Assembly (NCBI GenBank): GCA_010405405.1 | Contig: MU004232.1 | Location: 2,189,481-2,253,480, forward strand | Length of the DNA stretch: 64,000 bases | Origin: Microthyrium microscopicum | Taxonomy: Eukaryota | Reading direction: 5' to 3' | Part shown: positions 1 to 11,237 of the stretch, piece after piece | How positions within the stretch are numbered: position 1 is the stretch's first letter | How the letters are laid out: each line of letters starts with the position of its first letter | Translations under genes and position numbers: made by a program | The notes under the pieces: generated by a model | What the model saw: the letters and a program-made list of their open reading frames with translations, nothing else | Database searches by the model: none | What the model was told of the DNA's origin: nothing

Positions 1-45
1 AGAGAGGCAGAGCATGACAGTCCAGTCCCTCCGAAGAAGTCGTAG

Positions 46-3000
46 AACGAGAGGGCAGCTGCCGATACTAACTCCGAGGACAGAAAGGCATACAATGACC
101 CTTACAGGGCTTCATACTACTTTCATTCATTTCCAGTTCGGTTGCCAGCGTTTGTCGAGCCAGACAAAACGCTTCGAAACACACAAGTCGATATTGGAAG
201 CAAGATTTTCGTGCTATTGCCTCAAGCAATTCCGCTTCAAGATGTGGAACCACAGCTTCGTGACTATCACCGTCTATTGGAAGATGTCATCATGCATGCG
301 CCTGGAGAGCAGATAACCATTGCAGAGACAGGCGAAGAAATTTTCACGACCTGGAGACAATATGCTGAACAATGTATCAGCCTGCTGGTGGAGAGCCTTC
401 AGTTCGAAAATGGTGTCAGAGCACCGCTTGGGTGTCGCGACTTGGTGGAACAAACTATAGCTATCTATGCTGCTGGATCTTTTACACGTTTTGTGGACTC
501 CTTTGAGAAGAAGAAGCCTCCAATATCTTCGGCGCCCTCAACTCGGGACCCTCCCATACCACCCTCGACCGAGCCTGATGATTCGGTGACGATCGAACCT
601 CAATCCTCAGCCTCTGGTAAGTTAACTTTTACATAACTAGATGCATCAATACCTTCTTTCAATGTAGCAATTTGGTGCCCTGATGGGGCTTGGCAATTGC
701 TAAGGTATCTGATGGCTACTAAACTCTTACATAACCCAAAAGACCCCTTGTTGTGCCTTCTAACTAACTACCATCAGACGAGGACTCAACTCTAGCTGAA
801 AAGGAGCAGTACAGCGTCGTCTCTGATCCAATGCAACCCAAGCCGGACCCAGCGTCTATCTCAAAGGCGGACCTACGTCCAAATACACAAGCATCAATGG
901 CGGATTCTACTTCGGCTCAAAAACAGCAATCCGGTTCTTTCCTTAAGCTAACCCAACCAGCTCCACATCCACCACCTCCTTGTCAAAAGAGTCAAGAGAA
1001 GCAGCGGCATAGTCCATTCCTCGAGCTAACCCAGCCACTTTCATATCCACGACCTTATCGACCTCCTAAGCCTCCAAGTGAGCGAGCGCTGGGTGAAACA
1101 TCTAGTTCGGCGCCAAAGCAACAACATGATGCGGAAGGCCTCGATGAAGGAGCGATGAGCGCTGCCTTGTCGTCCTGCGATCAGTCTTCCGAGCCAACCG
1201 CATACCCAGCGTCTTCTTATCAATCGTACGAGCCTCCAAGTGAGCAAGCGTCGGGGGAGACCTCGTATTCGGTGCCAAAGCAGCAACACAATGACCAAGT
1301 GCTTGATAAAGGAGCGATAAGCGCTGCTACGTCATCTTGCGATCAGGATTCTCAGCCAATCACATACCTAGCGTCTTCTTGTCAAACTTACAACAATCCA
1401 AGTGAGCGGGCGTCGGAGGCGACATCAGCTTCGGCACCAAAGCAGCAACAAGATGGGCAAGGCGTTGATAAAGGAGCGATAAGCGCTACCCATACGTCCT
1501 ATGATCAGGCTGCCCAGACTCTAGACGAACGTGCTCTTCGGGACACGATACAGCAGAACCAGCGAGATATCTGTGAAGAGCTCGGTTTCATTTCGAATGA
1601 TCTACCCTTGTTGAACTTTCCTCTCCTCAAGCAACAGGCACAGACTAGTATTCAGCCAGCTTCAAACGTTCCCATTTCGCCAGATGAACCAAAAAATGTC
1701 CATAAGCACCCCAAGAAACGCGAAGCACAAGACCTTGATGTCCTTGGGGATGAAAGTAGAAGGGATCCAAAGCCTAAAAAACGACGGAACAAAGAGTTCA
1801 CACCAGTCGCACACGCCCTCAAACTCTTAGCAAATGATCACGAATGGAATCAGGCCAAGCGCGACATGAAGAAAATTCCATTGCTTCGCGATGACAAAAC
1901 TCTACTAAAGCCCTTGGAACAAGGACCTTCCCACCCTTCAGCTAATCGACTTACTCCAACAGAGTCCGCACTGAATCTAGAGCGCTTGCTCGGAGCGAAA
2001 GATTACGCCATCGAACGTCGCAAGCGAAGGACATCGGATCCTTCTGATAGAATATTAGAGCGTCCCGTAAGGAACGCACTGGAAGGTATATTAGACCTAG
2101 CCCATAATGACCCGGTTTCCCATGTCTTATATTCGGATCACAGCCGTCGGCAAAAGAAGCGCTTTCAGGAACTAGTAGAGGACGAGATGAAAGCCAGTTC
2201 TCGAAAGCGCTGTAAACAGGAGACTTCAGTACCTCCTTCTGTCAAACGGTCATGGAAGGCAGCGAATCTACCAACTGACAGTAATTCGGCTTCCCCGGTC
2301 TCATCTTCAGATCTCCAGGATCCGAGGGCGGCGACTTTAGAAGCATTGATGAGAAATGTGGTCGCTAAACTAAAAGCGCGCAATGCGCGAGGAAATTCAG
2401 AGCCTCCCGCCGAGAAACCACCGTGGGAAGTATTGGATCAGCAAATGGACATCAACTGGGTTACACAAGGCCAATGTTCAGATCTCCAGTTAGCGGCGGG
2501 TTTGTCGCAAGTGCTGATCGAGGCGAACGCTGACCTGAAGGAACGCCTTGCGCGAGAACAATCAGAGAGGCAGACGAAGACTAAACTTAAGGAACGCCTC
2601 CCATCAGAACCATCAAAGCGGGAGGCCAAAACTCAGCCGAAGGAACGCCAACCGCCAGAACAATCAAAGGGGAAGACGAACACTGAGCCTAAGGAACGTC
2701 TTCAACCAGATCAACCAAACCGGGAGGCCAAACCTCAGCCGAAAGAACGCCAACCGTCAGAACAATCAAAGGGGAAGACGAACACTGAGCCTAAGGAACG
2801 TCTTCAACCAGATCAACCAAACCGGGAGGCCAAACCTCAGCCGAAAGAACGCCAACCGTCAGAACAATCAAAGCGGAAGGCGAACACTGAGCCTAAGGAA
2901 CACCAACCGCCAGAACAATCAGAGAAGAAGGTCGTGAACCAACAAGATGACGACACTTGGTTCTCTTCGCGTCCGCAAGACCAATTAGAATGGCGATCAG

Positions 3001-3071
3001 TGAATCGACGAGGAAAAGCTGGAAGGGGAGGGAAGAAGGGTGGCTGGGGAGGATCCAGGAAGGATTGGTAA
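46..3071 (+). CDS. Large low-complexity repeat-containing hypothetical protein (5' end uncertain)
   Basis: The open frame 46-616 joins the 831..3071 ORF in frame via intron 617-777 (GTAAGT...CTAAC...CAG; G|AC gives Asp). It has two internal repeat arrays and a basic Gly-rich tail. The start is unresolved because of an in-frame TAG at 43-45. Confidence 0.6.
638..721. mobile_element. Putative small fold-back (MITE-like) insertion within intron
   Basis: Nested inverted repeats CATCA/TGATG, ATACCT/AGGTAT, TAGCAATT/AATTGCTA and GCCC/GGGC, with TAG...CTA termini. Flanked by direct repeat AACT(T/C)TTACATAAC at 624-637 and 722-735. Confidence 0.45.
1071..1515 (+). repeat. Coding tandem repeat, 162-bp (54-aa) unit, about 2.7 copies
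   Basis: Units start at 1071, 1233 and 1395 (PPSERALGETSSSAPKQQ / PPSEQASGETSYSVPKQQ / NPSERASEATSASAPKQQ). Confidence 0.9.
2538..2930 (+). repeat. Coding tandem repeat, 51-bp (17-aa) unit, about 8 copies, with a 102-bp higher-order dimer
   Basis: KER/KEH-initiated units at 2538, 2589, 2640, 2691, 2742, 2793, 2844 and 2895. KERLQPDQPNREAKPQP alternates with KERQP(P/S)EQSKGKTNTEP. Confidence 0.95.
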
Positions 3072-6000
3072 GAGCATAAAAGAGTTTGAAGAAGAATCGC
3101 AATTTGGAGAGTGGCAGGAGGTTAAGAAAGAACAAAAGTCCTAGCAAGGAGACATTGCCCTTGATGTTCAGTAACTACCGGTCATATATATAGATACACT
3201 GATTCTTTCTTTCAATCATGAGTCCCTGGCTAAATAGAGTCAATAGCATTATATGAGCTATTCTTCTTGTGGTTTCCTACGTCTCAATCTTCATGATGCC
3301 TGCTATCTTGATCAAAGGCGACAGGTTGTGCGACTGAGAGTATAGAAATACGTCTTTGACCAAAACACGCACGCAGCAGAATAAATGGTTCTATAAATCC
3401 TTGTGAAAACCTCTGACGTCTCACCATTCACTATTTCTCCTCCAGAGAAGTTTCGACAGTTTGTCGGTGATCAATTGCGGACTCGTGTGCTTGGTCTTGG
3501 GAGCTTGGTAACATGTATTGACCATAGTGAAGGACGCTACCTGTCTTGTTCGCCTTTAGATAGATCATCTTTCCAGGAGAACGACAATCCACTTGTCTTC
3601 CTAAGGGCGAATCGCAACATGCACCGTATTGAAAACGATTCGGTTGAACGGAAGTCCAATATCAAAGGGTGGATATGAGCTCCTTTTATACTCGATGATC
3701 GACTCCGACTAAGATTGAAAGGCCAGGTACCCTCTGCCTTTGACCTTTGCAGGTACAAGTTTCCAGGAAGTTCGCTATTCTTGACAACTGTGTTTTCTGG
3801 ACGAATTCAGAGCTCAAAAGCCGGAGCCAGAGAAAGGTCAACTATCAAGGAATCCTAAAAACCAAAATCCATAGCTGAAATGACCAGGCGATTTCCAGCT
3901 CATACCTTACGTTCAGCTGTAAAGCTTGGGTTACATCCGTCGCCGTGTGCCCAGCCCAAGAGCCAGGTACTTCATGCGAGTGTGTCTGCTCTTTAATATA
4001 TATTATATTGGATCTCAGATCTTAGTGTTCAGACCAATGCTAAGGGAAATACCTGCAAGTGACTTTTCCTATCTGCGCCAATAAGATGCTCGCGATTAAC
4101 ATAATTTGCTCACGGTAGTATTCGCGTGCTCGAGATTTAGGTAAATGATTGCGATCTTGATCGTTCAATGCTGGTTGGCATCCATGTTTCGCATTGAGGT
4201 AGGGAAATATAGTGGTTAGTAGTTCGCAGGATTTTGGTTCATAGGATTGTGGTCGTAGCAACCCCGTTCGTGGATAATCCACTTTGTAGGATCTGTGATT
4301 TTGATAATATCGTCATTGTAGGATCAAAAACGGGCTGTCCAATTCCTATAGAGAATTCCAGTTTGAAAGACACTCGAGCGGATAGCTTTCTAAGTAGGGA
4401 GACCAGTGTGCATTCGTCTTCCATTCCTGTCAGTTGAACCTTAATATATTGCGGTAAGTCAGTGCTAAACGCGATCTTGTTTCGACAAATCCATCTACAA
4501 GGGTCGTAGTATCCCAAGTAGAATGAAGAACTAACTACCTACCCTACTTTGTTTGGCACTATCTGGCATGCGATACTTTCTCGAAGGACTAGGTAAGAAA
4601 TGACTATACACGACGTCCAATGATCAAGAATATTCCAAGCCAATGATAGGCGTGCAGATATGCAACTATACAATTGTCATTCCAGGCTTTGACCTTGGTA
4701 ATCTGGTTGAGAGCCGAAGTTCTCTGCATGTAAAGTTCAACTTAGTACTCTTTTGGTCTAGATGGACGCAGAGTCTCAAGTAGTGGAAGATCCAGACCAT
4801 TGGTGTTTCTTGATCATTGCGAAACAAGTTGAATCATGTTTGAAAATCACTGTCTTGAGCTTATGATTACCTCCTGTCAGCCTTCAAGGCGCTTGATTAA
4901 AGGCTCAGGCTGTCCAGCCTTGCACACCTTTTTCAAATCTCGTGGCGAACACGGTGATTGTAAACTTCTCTTCTATTCTTAGGTTAGGACTCCGTGGTCA
5001 CAGCTCAGGGATCTGGTCATCATAAGGCCCTTGGCACAGTAGAGACTGGTGTTCCAGGTACTGGGAAAGCACCAGGGCAGCATGGTGCCAAGCGGATATG
5101 GAGAAGGTTCGGCTAGCTCTAAACACGGTAAAATAGATTAAAGCACGGAATATGGTGATGTGCGGGATAACAGAACTGTCATGAGATGCATGTGGAGAGC
5201 TGGAGCGAGATAGCGAGATCCTCAGCCTGAGGCATTTAAGGAATGTTTTAAGTTTCAATTCGTGGCTTTTTAGCTTCAACTCTTCAGATAAGACTGACAT
5301 AAATACATTCAGCCTCTTATATCCAGCGCCAAAGTGCTTCGGAGAATGTTCGATTTCCCGAAGCTGCTGTCATAGCCTCGATAAGGTACCAGTCCTCATT
5401 ATGTGCTGAGCATCGATTTCTTGTCAGCACTAGGGGTCCCTGACGATAAAGGTCTTGGTATGCCTGTCTGGTCTTTTGATGCCTGTCCCATCTTCCTGGA
5501 TCCGGCATAGCGATTCCAAAAGTATTCGAATACGCAAGCTGATCGTTGAGTTTTTCTGGGCAAGTTGGGCGAGGGTCGAGTGCAGAGGAGGTGCAGATAG
5601 GCCATGCATCAGCATACTCTAGAGGACTGTACTCGAATGCAGCCAGTCGGCGTAGAGCCCTTTAGGAAATAGTGTAACTTTGAAGTGTAACAAACTGCAC
5701 ATTCACACATATCCTGCCCGTTATTGTACCCCATAGGTATTGTTGCGGCACGGCCTGCTTCGCCTGGGTAATCTGGCACGCTGGCCAGGCTTCGCTAGCA
5801 TAAGTGATGCATGATCTACACACACATCAGCACCAATCCGACTGGAGAACCAGCCGGGTATGAATCGTTTTGGCAGGCCTGTGTCTCTTTTTACAGTGGA
5901 GTATCCCGTTGTCAGATCAGACCCTCTTGCCTCTGTGCTGCTGATTTTGCATCATCGCTGCCATTTTCGCCCATTAAACCTCAACCTTCTCTTGGCTAAC

Positions 6001-6085
6001 GCATTAACGACCAAAACGAATAATTTTCCCATCGAATATCAATCGAACAAATAATACTCGCGGCTGGGCCATACACATTACGATA

Positions 6086-7426
6086 ATGATTTTGTCGCGA
6101 GGGCAATTGGCCTTGACCATCTCAGCCTTGTTGCTTTCAGTTTGCGCCCAAAGTTCCTCGTCCACAACGTCAGGCTCCGCATCTTCAACCTCGAGTTCGG
6201 CTTCAGCATCCTCGTCTTCAGCATCTTCGAAACCAAAAGTACACATTGTAGCAGTTGGCGCAAATGGCGACTTTAGTTATCATCCGAATGAAACAATCGC
6301 CGACGTAGGAGACATTGTATCATTCCAGGTAAGAATATTCCTTTCACATTGATGCTCCGGGAACTAATGATTAAGCAGTTCTATCCAACAAACCATTCGG
6401 TAGTGCGCGGCGAATATAGCGGATCCAACTCCTGTGGAAGCGCAGGCTGTAATCCATGTGTTCCGTACGAATTGATACATCCTGATGAGCAAAGCTCGGG
6501 ATTTCATAGCCAAAATATACTCACCAATTCCTTCAATCCAAGCAATGAGGTACGTGCGCTAGAGACATCTTGTGGAATACGTCAACACTAACAGCATGAA
6601 GGGTAATACATACAACATTACAATAAAGGATCTGAACCCAATATGGTACTATTGTACGGCACTGACGTCTTGCGCGCCAAACGGCATGGTTGGAGTCATC
6701 AATCCGGTAAGTCGGCTCCAAGAATGACCGAAGAGATGTACTGACGATAAGCAGGCGGAAGGAGAAACAGTTGCGAAGCAGATAGCCGCTGCAAAGATGC
6801 AAACACTCGAACTTGGACCAGGACAAAGTTGGCCGATCGAAGGCCAACAGGCTGGCTCATCACAGCCCAACCATAATTCAACAGCACCTTCCACGCCCGC
6901 AGTGACACACGATCACAAACTCTCGGCAGGCGCGATTGCCGGAATCGCCGTAGGCGCCGCAGTTGTAGTAATACTCGCCGCTGCACTCTGCTACTTTGTC
7001 GGCCGATCAAATACGTATCGCGAAGTCATCAAAGATCAGAACACGCGCTCTGACGGCGTCCCGTCTGAAATTGGTGGTAATGCTGGATATGGTAGTCCAC
7101 AATCAGCGTCGCAGACACCGCACCCTTACCAGGACCATCGCGTGAGTGGCCAAACTGCATACACCAATATGAGCCACGTGAGCCCGCAGGTGGAAGCAGG
7201 CACATTCATGGGATATAATCGAAATACCGGCGCGCCAGAGTTTGCGACAGAAGCGCCGTCTGGTGGTCAAGAACAGTCCTACAAGTCTCATCCGGGACAT
7301 ACTTCAATGCAATCCGCATATGGTGATCCGCAGCATCAGCAACAAACGTATGAGCTGCCGGGAGAGCATCCACAAGTTGCAGAGATGCAATCGGCGACTA
7401 CTTCACATCAGCCGAAATACGAATAG
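6086..7426 (+). CDS. Extracellular Ser/Thr-rich cupredoxin-like single-pass membrane protein
   Basis: Signal peptide, Ser-rich linker, cupredoxin-like motifs (ADVGDIVSFQFYPTNHSVV; IWYYC...CAPNGMVGVINP) and a TM helix (GAIAGIAVGAAVVVILAAALCYFV). Introns 6329-6378, 6550-6601 and 6707-6754. Confidence 0.85.
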
Positions 7427-7841
7427 TGTGGAGTTTTCTATCTTCTGTTTTTAATTCTACTGCACGTCTGCAAATAGCATTCGTCTCGTTTCATCAGCAA
7501 TGGAGTTTCGGTATTTGATGAAACAATTCCCAAGGGGCATCTGATGGAAATTTACCTTTACCTTGTCAGCATATGACCATATAGAAATGATAATTTTAGT
7601 TCAAACGTCTTGCTCCCTTTTCTCATGCTCTTGGCGTGGCTGAGGATGACATGAGATGTCTCCAATTAAACGCTTTAGTGCCTGTCATATGATCGGCAAG
7701 CAAACATGGGGCTATTTTTCTTGAAGAGTCGAATTGACAAAGATTGAGAAGAAATGGGTTGAAGAACCTTAGTTGAAATTGAACACATTGCTTGACATTG
7801 ACTTCAGTAGACAGCTCGGCTAGCGCTTCCCAACTCGGGCA

Positions 7842-7867
7842 ACGCGTCAATCGCGTCCAGTCGCGTC
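7842..7867. promoter_or_regulatory. MCB-like element cluster upstream of RNase H2A
   Basis: ACGCGT at 7842 plus TCGCGT at 7851 and 7861, about 70-90 bp upstream of the ATG. Confidence 0.55.
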
Positions 7868-7932
7868 TTCATGATCAACTCCAACTTTTGGGCAACCATT
7901 ACACTTGATACTAATTGTTTCTAAAAACCAAC

Positions 7933-8987
7933 ATGGCTGATTCTCTCGAGGACCAAAATCTTGATTCCCAACAAATTGAGCTCGAGACACCAGCAGATGG
8001 CGTCTTCCAACCACCCTCAATCAATGCCCAGAAACTCCTTCGCGGAATATCATACTCACATTTCTCACCCCTCCCCCAAGTTGTGCAACTGGATACACAA
8101 ACAGAATGCGTATTAGGAGTAGATGAAGCTGGTCGAGGGCCGGTCTTGGGTAAGTAAGCTTAGGTCTACTCTGAAATCATGCAGCTAATATCTCAAAAGG
8201 ACCCATGGTTTACGGCGTCTTCTACCTTCCCAAAACCATCGAGACCTCTCTTCTAGCAGATACCCACCACTTCGACGACTCCAAGGTACTTACGCCCCAA
8301 ACTCGCTCCAACCTCATGGAGACCTTATGTACAGCCGACACAGATCTGTTTACACAGTGCGGATGGGCGACCTGTGCGCTATCCGCGCAATCAATTAGCG
8401 CTGGAATGATGCAACCAGCAGGCTCTTATAATCTCAATGCACAAGCGATGGATGCCACTATTGAGCTGGTGCGAGGTGTACTGGATCGCGGAGTCAACGT
8501 AACGGAAATGTATGTCGACACGATCGGACGACCTGAGGTCTACCAGCGCAAGCTTCAGCATGTTTTTCCAAACCTCAAAATCACAGTCGCGAAAAAAGCC
8601 GATTCGCTATATCCATGCGTGAGTGCAGCCAGTGTTTGCGCCAAAGTCACGCGTGACGCCGCGCTGGAAACGTGCGCTGAGGCCATTGCAAAAGCCGGAG
8701 TGGATGAAGTGGCATGGGGTTCAGGGTATCCATCCGATGCGCGCTGCGTGACCTGGCTGAAAGCGAACATGGACCCGGTATTTGGATGGGGACCAGAGTG
8801 TCGTTTCAGCTGGGGAACATCTAAAGAACTGCTTGAAGGCAAGAAGAATCCACTCAAAGTCGACTGGCCTGTTGAGGAAGATGAGAATGGCATGAAAATG
8901 ACCAGTTTCTTCGTAGGCAAAGGCGAAGAGATTGATGATGAGTTGGCGGATTGGTATGGGAAACGAGTCGGGGCGGAAGTATTTTGA
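7933..8987 (+). CDS. RNH201: Ribonuclease H2 catalytic subunit A
   Basis: GVDEAGRGPVLGPMVY, DDSK, YVDTIG, KADS..VSAASVCAKV and GSGYPSD motifs. Intron 8150-8199. Confidence 0.97.
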
Positions 8988-9075
8988 GTTAGTGCCACGG
9001 GAACTCGAATAATGGTAGGTATGTTTTGATAAGCATTTTAGCATTTTGGTCATGAAGTTTTTGATGTTTTCAACT

Positions 9076-11237
9076 TTACGATACTATAATCTTTGGGCCA
9101 CCATACTCAATCGTACGTTTCGGCGGCATAGTTGCCTGACCATCCTTTCCATCCTTTCCGGTCACCATATTTGGCATTTCAGATCCTAACAGACCATCCA
9201 GGAACAACTTCCACTTTCCACCCTTGGTAAACAGCAATGGGAAATATGCCGCTTCGTGCGAATCTTTGGCACGGTTCTGGTTATCTCCCAATGGAGCCAT
9301 ATCCTTCTCTCTCTTTGCGATTGAACCAGTGGCCTTGCATAATCTTCCATCCTTAACAATCATCTCATCAGCATTGATACCCGGTGTCATATAGAACACC
9401 ATATTTGGGTCCCACTTCTTCTTGATTTCCGACAACTTTGGATAGTGCGAACCGAAGTACATTTGTTTCCAATTGGGGACAGTGGTAGAAGCCTGCAAAT
9501 GTCAGTATAAAGGCTCGCTTCTCAACCTGGAAACTTAACATACCTCGTTATGGTAGCATCCCATGTTAGGGGCAATTGCCCGGAGAGAGTCCACGTTCAC
9601 CTTTTGTCCTCCTGTCGCAATGGTATGGACAAGAGCCTTTCTCCAAGATGGGTGGACTGATGTATCATTTCGTTGCTCGTTCACCTTGCCTCCTCCCAAC
9701 AAATGGATACGAAGCTGGCCATCTGGATGGTTGAATGGCATTGCTCCTTCTAGAGCTGCAGCCATCTTAGGATGCACAAGCTCTTCTGGTCCGAGAAGCT
9801 GCGAGTCCATACCGGCAATACCCATCGGCATTTGCACCTTCTCTCCAGGTCCGTGTCGCTTCATTCGTCTCTTTGGAGGTTTCGGTGCTGCTTTTGGAGC
9901 GGTGCCGTTCGCCGCACCCGGTAATAAGGTGGATGCTGTGGACATGAAATCTTCCAAGGAGCCAGTGATACCGCCAAGAAGCTGGGTCGCTGTATTCCAG
10001 TCAATAGGGCTTGAGCCCCATGCCAGAGGCAAGATTCTCAATAGTGACTTTGGGTTGATTCCAGGATATGTGCTCATCTTGTCAAGAATAGGATCAAGAA
10101 CAGCTCGCGCATTGGATGCATTGGCAAACTTGTTTGGAAGGAGAAGGGTTCCACGAATGGCATTTGGGTAGAGCCACAAGTAGCCTTGGAATCCTTCCTT
10201 GCTCATCTTCGGGAATTGAGCATGGAGATATGCAGCAGGCGGGAAGATGGACTTCTTGTCGTTGAAATCCGTCGTGTTCAACCAGAAAGAGTACATAAGG
10301 ACTGTTGGCATTGGGAATGCTTTCATAGTAGCTTCAACGACTACACCCCACGACGGTCCTCCTCCACGAAGAGCCCAGAATAGATCTGTTGTCTCTGTTA
10401 GTCTTCGCTCTGTTCAGCTAATTGATCCACACATACCTGGATTTGTGACTTCATTGGCAATAGTCAAGTTGCCGTCTGCGGTAATAACCTTGTACTCCAA
10501 CATATTATCGGCACCAAGACCATACTCAGGAGACAGCCACGAATGTCCACCACCCATACTCCATCCTCCAGCAACGGATACTTCGTCATGAGCTGCGCCA
10601 AGTCCAATGAGTCCGCTCTTCAGTAATTCACGGCTAAGCTCCTCGATGCTGATACCAGCGCCGAACGTCACGGCAGGTTGTTTCTTAGGATCTGGCTTGA
10701 TGACGTTTGTTACGGTCTTGTATGTAACAGGCTCGGCGCCTTTTGAACTAGGTTTAAAATCTTCCAGTACGCGCACGCCCTTCATTCCTGTTACTGTGAG
10801 TAGTACGCCAGAGGGTGCGTCGTTTCTATCTCTCGTCAGCTGGGCGTTCGCACCAGATCTTTGACAACATACCGTCCGAGGAAATCGTGACCACTGTTTA
10901 GTACGCTAATGCGTACATTTTGGTTTCTCGCAAAGTTCACAGCCCGCTGAGCACTGGCTACTGTCTTCACTTCATACATCCATTGCGGGTGCTTCTCACC
11001 ACCTCCAGCCATCGGCGCCTCCCATCCCTTCAAGTCAGTGTTGACCACGTCCAGAGTTGGCCAGTCTGCATCGATCGGTAGTTTTCTGCATCCTTCGGGA
11101 GCTGGAAGTCGCTGTTTGGTCTGTGGTTCTACTGATTCTTTTCCCGGTGCCGGCGCTGCTCCATGGCTGTGCTGGGCGTTTACAGCAGACAAGAATGGCA
11201 AAAGAGCTAGCGAAAGTAGGATCCTTGAGGGCGCCAT
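9076..11237 (-). CDS. Secreted FAD-linked oxidoreductase (BBE/VAO family)
   Basis: Signal peptide, SGHDFLGR, GGGHSWLSPEYGLGADN, LFWALRGGG and a C-terminal BBE motif (YFGSHYPKLSEIKKKWDP). Introns 10872-10826, 10436-10386 and 9543-9493. Confidence 0.92.

Noticed and set aside
2548..2937. Repetitive Arg/Asn/Gln ORF; possible CRISPR or RiPP-like array
   Set aside because: Alternative frame of the 51-bp coding repeat, with no unique spacers and no signal peptide.
9563..10171. 202-aa plus-strand ORF and similar long antisense ORFs (25226-25936, 59585-60190, 23673-24296)
   Set aside because: Antisense shadows of well-supported genes, with no recognisable motifs.
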